From contig NC_042998.1 in the NCBI RefSeq assembly GCF_006345805.1, positions 35,960,001-36,024,000 of the forward strand: a DNA stretch of 64,000 bases, read 5' to 3'. The stretch's first letter is position 1. Every line of letters starts with the position of its first letter. This DNA is from Octopus sinensis. Taxonomy: Eukaryota. The notes beneath the pieces were generated by a model. That model ran no database searches. It had not been told where the DNA came from and saw only the letters and a program-made list of their open reading frames with translations. Positions 53,241 to 64,000 of the stretch are shown here, piece by piece. A program made the translations under genes and the position numbers.

Positions 53241-53671
53241 GAGAAATTAAGGCCAACAGACCAGATATAGTTGTCAGAGATCATGAAGAAAAAAATGCTT
53301 TCTAATTGATGTATCAATACCAGCAGATGACAACGTGTCTCTAAAAGAAATGGAGAAACTTTCAAAATACAAAGACCTGGAAATAGAGGTAACCAGAATG
53401 TGGAATCTAAAAACAGAAACAATTCCTATCATAGTAGGTGCATTAGGCATGATAAAAAAATATTCAGACAAATATATAACAAAAACACCAGGACTTACAA
53501 ACACATATTACATACAGAAAATTGCACTACTAGGCATTGCACACATCCTACTCAGAACACTTTCCATACAATAACAATCAGAGCATCACAACAAATCACA
53601 GCACATACCCAAGGCACACAGAGCTGCGCTCGGTAGTGAAGTGAAAGCACGTTATAAAAATAAAACTACTG
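53240..53671 (+). mobile_element. R4/Dong-like 3' fragment (RLE domain plus 3' UTR) inside (AAT)n
   Basis: NRPDIVV...LIDVSIPADDNV..KE.EKLSKYKDL...IPIIVGALG...IQKIALLG. AAT tracts lie on both sides. Confidence 0.92.
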
Positions 53672-54019
53672 AATAATGATAATAATAATAATAAAAGGTG
53701 TATTGCATAAATCGGCATTACTTGGAACTGCACGCGTATTGCATAAAGTACTGTCTGTCTGAGGTCCTTGTTGTGATTTGACAGACGGTACAAACCCCCG
53801 GTGGACACAATATCTTCAATTGACAACCTCACGATATTGGATACTGGGTGACGTCTTCAATAATAATAATAATGATTTAAAATTTTGCCGCAAGGGCAGC
53901 CATTTTGGGGAGGGGATAAGTCGATTTCATCGATCCAGTGTTTCACTGGTACTCAATTTATCGACCCCGAAAGGATGAAAGGCAAACGCAAAACCAAGCT
54001 TTGGCCGCGAACTGGAGAG

Positions 54020-54697
54020 TCGACCTTAGTAATGAGTAAGTGTCTCCGCTATGTCGCATCTGTAATAGAGTGGATGAAACCATATCACAAAGGAATGACC
54101 TAGACTTGCCTAAAACCACTACAAGTTGTGGCAACACGATCAGGTAGCAAAAGTACTGAATTGGAAACTGTGCAAAATGGGAGCTAGAGAGAGGCGAGAC
54201 GTGGTATGAGCACAAACCGCAGAGACTGGTGGGGTCGGAGACTAGCAAAATCCTCTGGGATTTCCCAATCCAAACAAATCAGGTGCTAGAGCATAACAGA
54301 CCGGACCTAGTGGTGGTGGACAAGATGCACCACATATGCTATATAGTTGATGTTGCATGCCCCTTTGACCCACGAATAGTCAAGAAGGAAGGCGAAAAGA
54401 TAGATAAGTACAACCATATTAAGTACGAAATAGCCCGGCTACGGAAAATGAAGGCGGTGAAGATGGTGCCAATCATTGGGGGGTCCTTGGGAAGGCATCA
54501 ATGGAAATATAAAGGAAATTGGAATAGAGGGCTCAGTAGAACTGTTACAAATGGTTTGCCTCCTTGGCACGGCCAGAATAATTAGGAAAGTGTTAGATAA
54601 CTGAAAAGAACAGTTAGCGTGGTATCGTAGGCTGCAGGTAGTAAGCCCGCTACGCATGCAAGACATCAGGAGCTCCAACAAAACCTGTGATAAAGAG
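54020..54697 (+). mobile_element. Second R4/Dong-like 3' fragment (zinc knuckle plus RLE)
   Basis: PLCRICNRVDETI; WYEHKP...KILWDFPIQT...NRPDLVVVDK...DVACPFD...EKIDKY. Ends in an AAT tract. Confidence 0.9.
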
Positions 54698-54715
54698 GTA
54701 ATAATAATAATAATG

Positions 54716-54794
<79 letters not shown>

Positions 54795-54796
54795 AT

Positions 54797-55360
54797 GCCT
54801 TGATGCAGTACCAGGCAGTGGCTCTCATGGCTTCTGATCTTAACTGATTGGAAGTGTTATCATGTACATTGTTTTGTCTTGGTATAAAAGATGGGCTACA
54901 GCAAATATTCTGCTCAATACCACAGATTTGCTTGTCAGTTGTTTGTCCTTAACCAGTTGAGCATGTCCCTTAGTGGCTGACGATATGTGCATCTCTGATC
55001 ACGAGCAGAAGTAGTGGGGGAGCATCATAGCCATGTGTTGAGAAGGATTCTTTGGGGTTTGAATAACTCACCTCTGGAAACATGGGTGGTTCTTTCAACA
55101 TCCTTAAACAACCCTTATTCAGGGACCTTTTGGGCGGGATGGGCTACTCAACCTGAAGAAAATTCTAACTGGGCCCCACCTGCAAGGTCATGTGCTGTTT
55201 ATCTTGATATGAGATCACCATGTCGCGCACATATGGTTGTGATGCATGTGCCTGGTGTACCCTTATCAGACGGGTAGTCATGATGGGTATATTGGGCTTC
55301 GTATATTTTAGCCCAGTGTCACTTTGATGGCATGAACTGCTCTCTCACTCAATAATAATG

Positions 55361-55409
<49 letters not shown>

Positions 55410-55432
55410 TAATAATAATAATGATAATAATA

Positions 55433-55463
<31 letters not shown>

Positions 55464-55465
55464 TG

Positions 55466-55496
<31 letters not shown>

Positions 55497-56097
55497 TAAT
55501 AATAATAATGATAATAATAATAATAATAATAAATGCCCTGATGCAGTACCAGGCAGTGGCTCTCATGGCTTCTGATCTTAACTGATTGGAAGTGTTATCA
55601 TGTACATTGTTTTGTCTTGGTATAAAAGATGGGCTACAGCAAATATTCTGCTCAATACCACAGATTTGCTTGTCAGTTGTTTGACCTTAACCAGTTGAGC
55701 ATGTCCCTTAGTGGCTGACGATATGCGCATCTCTGATCACGAGCAGAAGTAGTGGGGGAGCATCATAGCCATGTGTTGAGAGGGATGCTTTGGGATTTGA
55801 ATAATTCACCTCTGGAAACATGGGTGGTTCTTTCAACATCCTTAAACAACCCTTATTCAGGGACCTTTTGAGCGGGATGGGCTATTCACCTGAAGAAAAT
55901 TCTAACTGGGCCCCACCTGCAAGGTCATGTGCTGTTTATCTTGATATGAGATCACCATGTCGCGCACATATGGTTGTGATGCATGTGCCTGGTGTACCCT
56001 TATCAGACGGGTAGTCATGATGGGTATATTGGGCTTCGTATATTTTACCCCAGTGTCACTTTGATAGCATGAACTGCTCTCTCACTCAATAATAATG

Positions 56098-56130
<33 letters not shown>

Positions 56131-56820
56131 TAATAATAATGATAATAATAATAATGATAATAATAATAATATAATAATAATAATAATAATATATAATAAT
56201 AATAATAATAATAATATAATAATAATAATGATAATAATAATAATGATAATAATAATAATAATAAATGCCCTGATGCAGTACCAGGCAGTGGCTCTCATGG
56301 CTTCTGATCTTAACTGATTGGAAGTGTTATCATGTACATTGTTTTGTCTTGGTATAAAAGATGGGCTACAGCAAATATTCTGCTCAATACCACAGATTTG
56401 CTTGTCAGTTGTTTGACCTTAACCAGTTGAGCATGTCCCTTAGTGGCTGACGATATGTGCATCTCTGATCATGAGCAGAAGTAGTGGGGGAGCATCATAG
56501 CCATGTGTTGAGAGGGATTCTTTGGGGTTTGAATAGTTCACCTCTGGAAACATGGGTGGTTCTTTCAACATCCTTAAACAACCCTTATTCAGGGACCTTT
56601 TGAGCGGGATGGGCTACTCATCCTGAAGAAAATTCTAACTGGGCCCCACCTGCAAGGTCATGTGCTGTTTATCTTGATATGAGATCACCATGTCGCGCAC
56701 ATATGGTTGTGATGCATGTGCCTGGTGTACCTTTATCAGACGGGTAGTCATGATGGGTATATTGGGCTTCGTATATTTTACCCCAGTGTCACTTTGATGG
56801 CATGAACTGCTCTCTCACTC
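54797..56820 (+). repeat. Three copies of a ~554-bp non-coding element separated by (AAT)n
   Basis: Copies at 54797-55350, 55535-56087 and 56267-56820. They are highly similar and share both ends: gcc(c/t)tgatgcagtacc... and ...ctctctcactc. Confidence 0.95.
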
Positions 56821-56885
<65 letters not shown>

Positions 56886-56886
<1 letters not shown>

Positions 56887-58135
56887 CCAAGTTAATTATG
56901 GGAAGTAGACTCAATGGAAAGAACAAAATCAGTGCAATGAACACATGGTCTGTTTTCTTGAGAAAATGGACAGGAAAACTAGAAAAGTGGAAGCAAATAA
57001 CAAGGAACTACACACCAAGAGTGATACTGACAGACTGTTTGTGCCAAGAAACAGGGGTGAAAGAGACCTCATAGGATGTAAGATCTGTGTTGTCAACGAG
57101 AAGAACAATCTGAGATGGTACATCAAACAGCAGAGTGAATCCTTGCATGCCGCTGTTAGAATTAACATTATAATACATACCGAAATTGTGACGCACCCAC
57201 AAACATTTAAGCAACAAGATGACGCAGAAAGAGTAAACAACTGGACAATGAAACCACAGCATGGGCAATAGCTCTGACAAAAAAAAAACGAAGGAAAAGA
57301 CAAGATCAACACATGGCGATGGCTAAGAAAAGGTGATCTGAAAGGATGTACTGAGGCACTGATAAGCAGCGCCCAAGAACAAGCTCTGAGAACCAATTAC
57401 ACCAAGTTCCAAATAGATAAGAATAGTGGATCACTCCTTTGTAGGATGCGTGACATAAGAAACGAGACAATCTCACATATTGTGAGTGAGTTTAGCAAGC
57501 TGACCCAATGGCACAACAAAGGGTTGCACGATAACATGGCTAAGTTTGTCCATTGGAGACTATGGGAAAATACAGCTGGAACAGAGCACGGAAATGGTAC
57601 GAACATGAACCAGAAGGAATCACCGTGATCAAAGAACATAAGATACTATGGGATTTTACAATCCAATGTGACTCCCTAATCAAGGATCGGAGACCAGATA
57701 TTGTTGTGGTAGATAAAGGGAAAAAGGAAACCAAGATCATAAATATTGCAATACTTGGAGATGCATGCATAAGTGACAAAGAACTAGAAAAGATGGAAAA
57801 TCAAAGACTACTAAAAGAGGAAATTGGAAGAATGTTGACTATGAGGAGAGAATCTCTCATTCTAGTAGTTGTCGGGGCACTCGGAGAACTAGCATCGAAG
57901 TTCGAGAGATATGTTAAAGAAATGGGAATTGACAAAAACTGCTCTGTTGAGGACAGCTAGGATTTTTGAGATTGGTACTTGAATGTTAAGTATTCCACGA
58001 TAGTTAACAACTAAGTATCAAAGCTTATAATGTGAAGAAAGAGACCCTGTGAAACCTCTGAAGACGACAGGCTGCCGTCCGATCTCTCAGAATCTACCAG
58101 AACAAACAAGACCGAGAGTTCTGAGAAGTGAAACG
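56886..58135 (+). mobile_element. Third R4/Dong-like 3' fragment (end of RT, zinc knuckle, RLE, 3' UTR)
   Basis: MDRKTRK...LHTKSDTDRLFVPR..G.R.L; TEALISSAQEQALRTN; CRM...ETISHI; WYEHEPE...ILWDFTIQCD..I..RRPDIVVVDK. Ends gataataataa. Confidence 0.92.
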
Positions 58136-58449
58136 ATAATAATAAAAATACATTCTTTTTTAGTCCCAAGTGTTGAAAAAGTATTTTAGATGAAAGAAAG
58201 TCAAAAGATTTAACATAGACCCATGGAAGCAAAAAACAAGAACCCCCCCCCAAAAAAAAAAAAAAAACAAAACAAAATTAACAAGAAAATTATAACAAAG
58301 AAATACCCCAACGGAGGTGAGCATGACTCAGAGATAACCAAGAAATATCGCAGATTTTGGGTCGCATCAATTGCCAAGAGCACCATTGCAACACATCCCT
58401 GTCCTATCCGTTCTCCCCATCCTATAGGCGCCATCTTAGTGTAGGTCTA

Positions 58450-60750
58450 CTTACTCGAGTCGTCTTATGCATATTCACCCACCTTTTAAGAAATTTAGTT
58501 GGAGTAGCCCCTCATTTTCCTTTTAATATGAAACTTTAAAATGTCGATGAGGCCAAAAGAAAGTTTTTTTCAGTCCCGTCCACCACACAACCTCTGCTGC
58601 CACGACTAACAAGCAGAGGAAAATTGCCTGCCTTTCCCAGAAGAAAGAATGCAGCGAAGTGATTTTAACTATGGCGTCAACTGATTGCTGGATTCGTCTT
58701 ACACTTGATAGCAGCTGTTCAACATAACTCCACAATTCAGTAATGCTTGAGTACTGTATGAACGCATACAGAACGGGTTCGTCCTTTTGGGCGCATCTCG
58801 GGCAGGCCCGGCTGTCAGAACTACTAAGCCTGTTGAGCATATTTCAAACCGGCAATGTCCACCACACGTGGTAGCACTACCAGGTTAGGGGTTTTGGGAA
58901 ATTATGTATGGGTCTCGGCTGGAACAGACCAGCCAGTTGCATATTTCAAACCGGCAATGCCCACCACACGTGGTAGCACTACCAGGTTAGGGGTTTTGGG
59001 AAATTATGTATGGGTCTCGGCTGGAACAGACCAGCCAGTTGATTCTCGTTGACATCCAGAGTCTTCCCGAGGCAATCGTCGATCTTGTTTGCCACTAACC
59101 TCTGTAGAATGCTAAGGTGGAGCTTCCACCGACTGCATTGTCTGACGGGAAGAGGGTTGTGAGCACTTGATGACACTCTAGGTTCCAGGCGCTCTGCTTC
59201 TGTCTACGCTTGAACGAGGACCTCAGTTCTGTCAAAAACACAAACTGTGAAGAAGTGCATCTAACAGAACGGCCACCACATCTGCTCACTGTCAAGGAAG
59301 CGCTGGCGATGTTGTAGCCACAGTGCATATCTGCGTGTCATTAGTCACGGCATACCCAGCCTTCCACGCAGAAGGGCTGGTCATGCCGTGGTTAATGACA
59401 TACAGCGGATGTTGACCGCAAATGGACCATCTGACCAGCGGAACTCACAGAAAGTGGAAGAGAAAGCGCTCTAGTCTGATCATCCATGAAGCAGTGCAAG
59501 GTACGGCAGTCGTCCAGTAGTGGATGACGGATGTAATGCGGGCTTTCACTACCTCCACCTTACCCTTCAGGAATAGCTTTCTCTCGGCCAATTTCTGGTT
59601 GTGATCGATCAACATGCTCGTTTCCCCATCTCAGTTCTTGTCCATCCAGAAGTCTGGAATAAATCAGACTCTGACTTATTTAAACGGTCTGTCCGTCTTG
59701 CACACCTTGCGGGTTAGATCCATGTTGCTTGACAGTGGCATGTGTCTTCTCGACGTACCATGCTTCAGGCCCACCGATTGTCCTTGTTAATTTTTGCTTA
59801 TGTCATCATCTCGTCTTTCCTTCGATCAACACAACGTGTTTCTTTCTATTCGACATTGTTACGGTAACGTAATTGCTGTCATAGCTGACCTAGATTCTAA
59901 TTCATGCGGGATGCTTCTCGAAGCCTCTAACTTTCATAGTAATGGCTCGAGTTCCAGTACGTACATGGAGAGTGCGACAGGGCAGCCTTGACGGACCGAA
60001 AGCATGTTTGGGAGAGGTTCCACTAGCTGGCCATTTATTCTGACTTCAGAGCAGGTGTTGTTGTACATTGCAGTGATCCAACCTCTGAAGCCGAGTCCGA
60101 AACAAGTCAAGTATTGATGGTCAACAACTAAAACGTCGTGTACGTCTCCTCGCACACCTTCCAATCCGTCAAAGACTGGATTTTGGATTTGTTGTTAAGA
60201 TGCATCTCTGTCACTCAGGTCCACCGAAAGGCTTTTGTTCCCTCATGCTTTAGATCATGTACTCTAACACTGACAAAGCGTCTTTCGTGCTTCGCATTGA
60301 AAAAATTGGTGAAGGGCCAATCTCGTCTCCAGCACGTCAGTCGCAAAGCATTACCAAACCTTCTTTTCTAGGCTTCTAAATTTGCTCGTCAAAAACTCTA
60401 AAACTCTCTGACCCTATTTCAATACTAGACTTTATCGATTCTTAGCTAATTGCCCTTTTCAGAATGAATCCCTCGGTTGTTTACTTCGTTCGCAGGAGCT
60501 TAGTCTTTACCCGACTCTGCACAGAGCAGACGACATTGTCAGACGACAGGATGTGTGTGGTGTTGTCTTTACTAATGTTGGTCAGACCTAGGCTAACTCT
60601 GAGCGACCCTTTGTTGAAAGATATTTCAATCATGGACATAACATTTTTTATTCAGACAGCCTACCTTGGATTACACTGTCCAATGTGTTACCACATGCTA
60701 AGACGATTAGGTGTAATTTGAAGATGGAATTTCTCGCAGATAGAACTACT
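58450..60750 (-). mobile_element. Decayed L1/Tx1-like LINE ORF2 (RT plus C-terminal zinc finger)
   Basis: VRINGQL.EP....SVRQGCP...YVLELEPLL (RT) and ACPRCAQKDEPVLYAFIQ (decayed CCHC finger). The 5' boundary is uncertain. Confidence 0.85.
58837..59040. repeat. 102-bp tandem duplication inside the Tx1-like LINE
   Basis: gcatatttcaaaccggcaatg...cagccagtt at 58837 and 58939, with one mismatch. Confidence 0.92.
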
Positions 60751-60867
60751 GCATCGAGCAGCAGTTCCTAGTCTGTGGTTCACAGATCCCTGGCGATGCT
60801 GGGAAGCCATGAACCCCTATTCATGCCTTTCTAAGACTCCAATATAAATTGCATGATTACTATCTAT

Positions 60868-61512
60868 TATCTTTTACTTGTTTCAGTCACTTGACTGCGG
60901 CCATGCTGGGGCTCTGCCTTGAAGAATTTCAAGTTGAATGAATCGACCACTGTACTTTTTTTTAAAGCCTGCTACCTATTCTGTCAGTCTATTTTGCTGA
61001 ACTGCTATGTTACGGGGACGTAAATAGATCAACACCGGTTGTCAAGGGGGTTAGAGACAAACAGACACAAAGAAGGACAGACAGATAGATACACGCATAC
61101 ACTCACATACACTTACGATGGGATTCTTTCAGTTTCCGCCAACCAAATCCACTCAGAAGGCTCTGGTCGGATTGGGGCTATAGTAGAAGACACTTGGCGA
61201 GCTGGCAGAAACGTTAGCACGCCGGGCGAAATGCTTAGCGGTATTTTGTCTGTCTTTACGTTCTGAGTTCAAATTCCGCCGAGGTCGACTTTGCTTTTCA
61301 TCCTTTCGGGATCGATAAATTTAGTACCAGTTGCACACTAGGGTCGATGTAATCGACTTAATCCCTTTGTTTGTCTTTGTTTGTTCCCTTTATGTTTAGC
61401 ACCTTGTGGGCAATAAATAAATAAAACACTTGTCCCTTGTGCCATGCGGTGGGCTGAACCCAGAATCTTGTGGTTGGGAAGCAAACTTCCTACCACACAG
61501 CCACGCTTGCAC
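60868..61512 (-). mobile_element. SINE B interrupted by a SINE A insertion (61196-61422, +)
   Basis: Family B is split at aa(g/a)acactt, which is duplicated on both sides of the family A copy. Confidence 0.85.
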
Positions 61513-62243
61513 CTTTATATAATTGCACAGTTGAGCTGGGAAAAAAAAACCCAAACTAATTTGTTGTTCGTTAACAAAATCGGTGCATTGAAGAGACAAA
61601 CCTTTTAAAAGTCGGGTCTGTGGCAAAATTCTTCATTTAAGTAAAAGTAATCTTTGGTAATAATAAAAGGGGCGGCGCTAGCGTAGGGGCTTCTTCATTG
61701 TGTCGTGTTACTTATAAATTATTTTCGTTCAGTTGGCATGTACGATGCCTGTCACTGCTTCGCTGTCTTCTTGGTCCGGCTGTTGTCTTCATACACCGGC
61801 AGAAACGCAAGCACAGATAGATACATGTATTGTTGTAGTTTCGGTTCTTATTAGTAATGCCGTAGCGATATTGATGTTTTTGTTGGTATTAGCGTCCTTT
61901 CAGCAACACGACAACATTAAGTCCATTATTCTACTAATATTAGTCATCGAGTGTTGATGAATGACAATTCTATAGAGTTGCTTTCTCTTCTTAGCCAAAG
62001 GACATCGAGTATAGCACAGCGACTAGTTCGTTCTCTATGATTGTCATTAACAGCAATAGAATTAGATAAGATGAACATAGCTGCAGGGTTGTCACGGACA
62101 GTAGATAGAGTTTCATTATCGTTATATAAAAATTATCATCATTATTATTATCATCGTTATTATTATTATTATTATTATTATTGTTGTTGTTGTTATTATT
62201 ATTATTATTGTTCTTGTTATCCACGACAGTAGCAATCGCTGCC

Positions 62244-62288
<45 letters not shown>

Positions 62289-62289
62289 A

Positions 62290-62335
<46 letters not shown>

Positions 62336-62803
62336 GGTGGTGGTGGTGGTAGTTGTAGATAATGAGATCCTGATGAAAACAACGACGAAGACGACGAAAA
62401 AGAGGAAGAAAAAGATGACAACGACAAAGTGGTAGTGGTGATGGTGGTGGTGGTAGTGGTGGTGGTGGTGGTGGTAGAAGTAAAAGAAGAAGAAGAAGAA
62501 GAAAAATCTGTCGGAAATGTAGAGGTTTCTTCTTACCTTCTTCCCGGTTCTGTGCATTCCCATTTTAAATCTAAGATTTCGTTGGCTCTGGGAACCGACG
62601 TAAAAACAACCTCACTGTGGAATTGTGAATTTCTTTTTTGTCTTCTAACGCAAAGTACAAATTCGCAAACCAAAAGAAGGAGGGCCTATACAGTCTTCGG
62701 CCTGACAAGTTAGACTCAAGTCACGTGAAACTCAAGACCCATACCAGAGATGCCAAGTGGTTTTGGTACCGGAAACCCAGCTGGATTTATTCAGTTTTAT
62801 ATC

Positions 62804-63037
62804 TATTTCTTTACTACCCACATGGGGCCAAACACAGAGAGGGCAAACAAGGACAGACAAAGGGATTAAGTCGATTTTATCGACCCAAGTGTGCAACTGG
62901 TACTTAATTTATCGACCCCGGAAGGATGAAAGGCAAAGTCGACTTCGGCAGAATTTGAACTCAGAACGTAGCGGCAGACGAAATACGGCAACGCATTTCG
63001 CCTGGCGTGCTAACGTTTCTGCCAGCTCGCCGCCTTC
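62804..63037 (-). mobile_element. SINE family A monomer
   Basis: TSD attcagtttt(a/g)tatc at 62789 and 63038. Confidence 0.9.
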
Positions 63038-63581
63038 ATTCAGTTTTGTATCAGATTCAGATGGTTTTGGTCATGGTTGTTCCTTAGTTTGAGGTTATTT
63101 TGGCCAACCTCACACTAGGCACTCAAATGGCGTTGATCCATCTTAGCCCAGAGATCTGCGAGATGTTAGTCCACCTTCCTGTGGGATCTAATCTCCCAAT
63201 AGACCACGCGAAACGGTCCATTGAGAGATCATTCTACGTTTAACTCATTACGCATATAATCTACCACAAAGTTTATGAGTCTAATAGCAATAATCCTTTA
63301 TACTATTGGCACAAGGCCTGAGATTTTGGGAGGAGGAGATGGTCAATTATGTCAACCCCAAAAGGATGAAAGACAAAGTCGACCTCAGCAGAATTTGAAC
63401 TCGGAAATGTAAGGACGGACGAAATACCGCTAAGTATTTTGTCCGGTGTGCAAAAAGGAAAAAAAAAACAGTTCTAGTAGAATTAATGTAAATGAGAAGA
63501 ATACGTGGAAGAAGTAGGGGAGAAGAGACGAGGAGGGGGTTGAGAGAAAGATGATGAGAACGGCGACAGTCGATGATGGTA

Positions 63582-63641
<60 letters not shown>

Positions 63642-63675
63642 CATAATAATAATAATAATAATGATAATTGCCAAT

Positions 63676-64000
63676 GTCCTGATGCAGTACCAGACAGTGG
63701 CTCTCATGGCTTTTGATCTTAACTGATTGGAAGTGTTATCATGTACATTGTTTTGTCTTGGTATAAAAAATGGGCTACAGCAAATATTCTGCTCAATACC
63801 AAAGATTTGCTTGTCAGTTGTTTGACCATAACCAGTTGAGCATGTCCCTTAGTGGCTGACGATATGTGCATATCTGATCACGAGCAGAAATAGTGGGGGA
63901 GCATCATAGCCATGTGTTTAGGGGGATTCTTTGGGGGTTTGGATAATTCACCTCTGGAAACATGGGTGTTTCGTTCAACATCCTTAAACAACCCTTACTC
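63676..64000 (+). repeat. Fourth, more diverged copy of the ~554-bp element (runs off the window)
   Basis: Same 5' end, directly after an (AAT)n tract. Confidence 0.9.

Noticed and set aside
54797-56885. Repeat-spacer appearance resembling a CRISPR array
   Set aside because: The repeats are ~554 bp, the spacers are AAT microsatellite, there are no cas genes and the context is eukaryotic.

Overview
This AT-rich eukaryotic DNA is non-coding and dominated by repeats. The repeat families resemble those I recall from cephalopod (Octopus-type) genomes, which is an inference and not a database result. I find no convincing host protein-coding gene; almost all ORF-track entries are microsatellite or SINE translations. 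The window holds three tRNA-derived SINE families (A, B, C), decayed non-LTR retrotransposons (CR1-like, R4/Dong-like, L1/Tx1-like, CRE-like), Tc1/mariner relics, hAT and Merlin-like MITEs, a Helitron, minisatellites and many microsatellites. Four signals stand out. (1) A short non-coding element joins a tRNA-like Pol III head, an (AAT)n linker and a minimal Penelope-type hammerhead ribozyme, and occurs as inverted pairs. (2) SINE A inserts as head-[184-bp unit]n multimers inside one target-site duplication, always with the same junction. (3) An (AAT)n 'landing pad' carries three different R4/Dong 3' ends and repeated copies of a fixed-end ~554-bp non-coding element. (4) There are several local inverted or direct duplications of flanking DNA at insertion sites. 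Coordinates were read by eye and may be off by a few bases.
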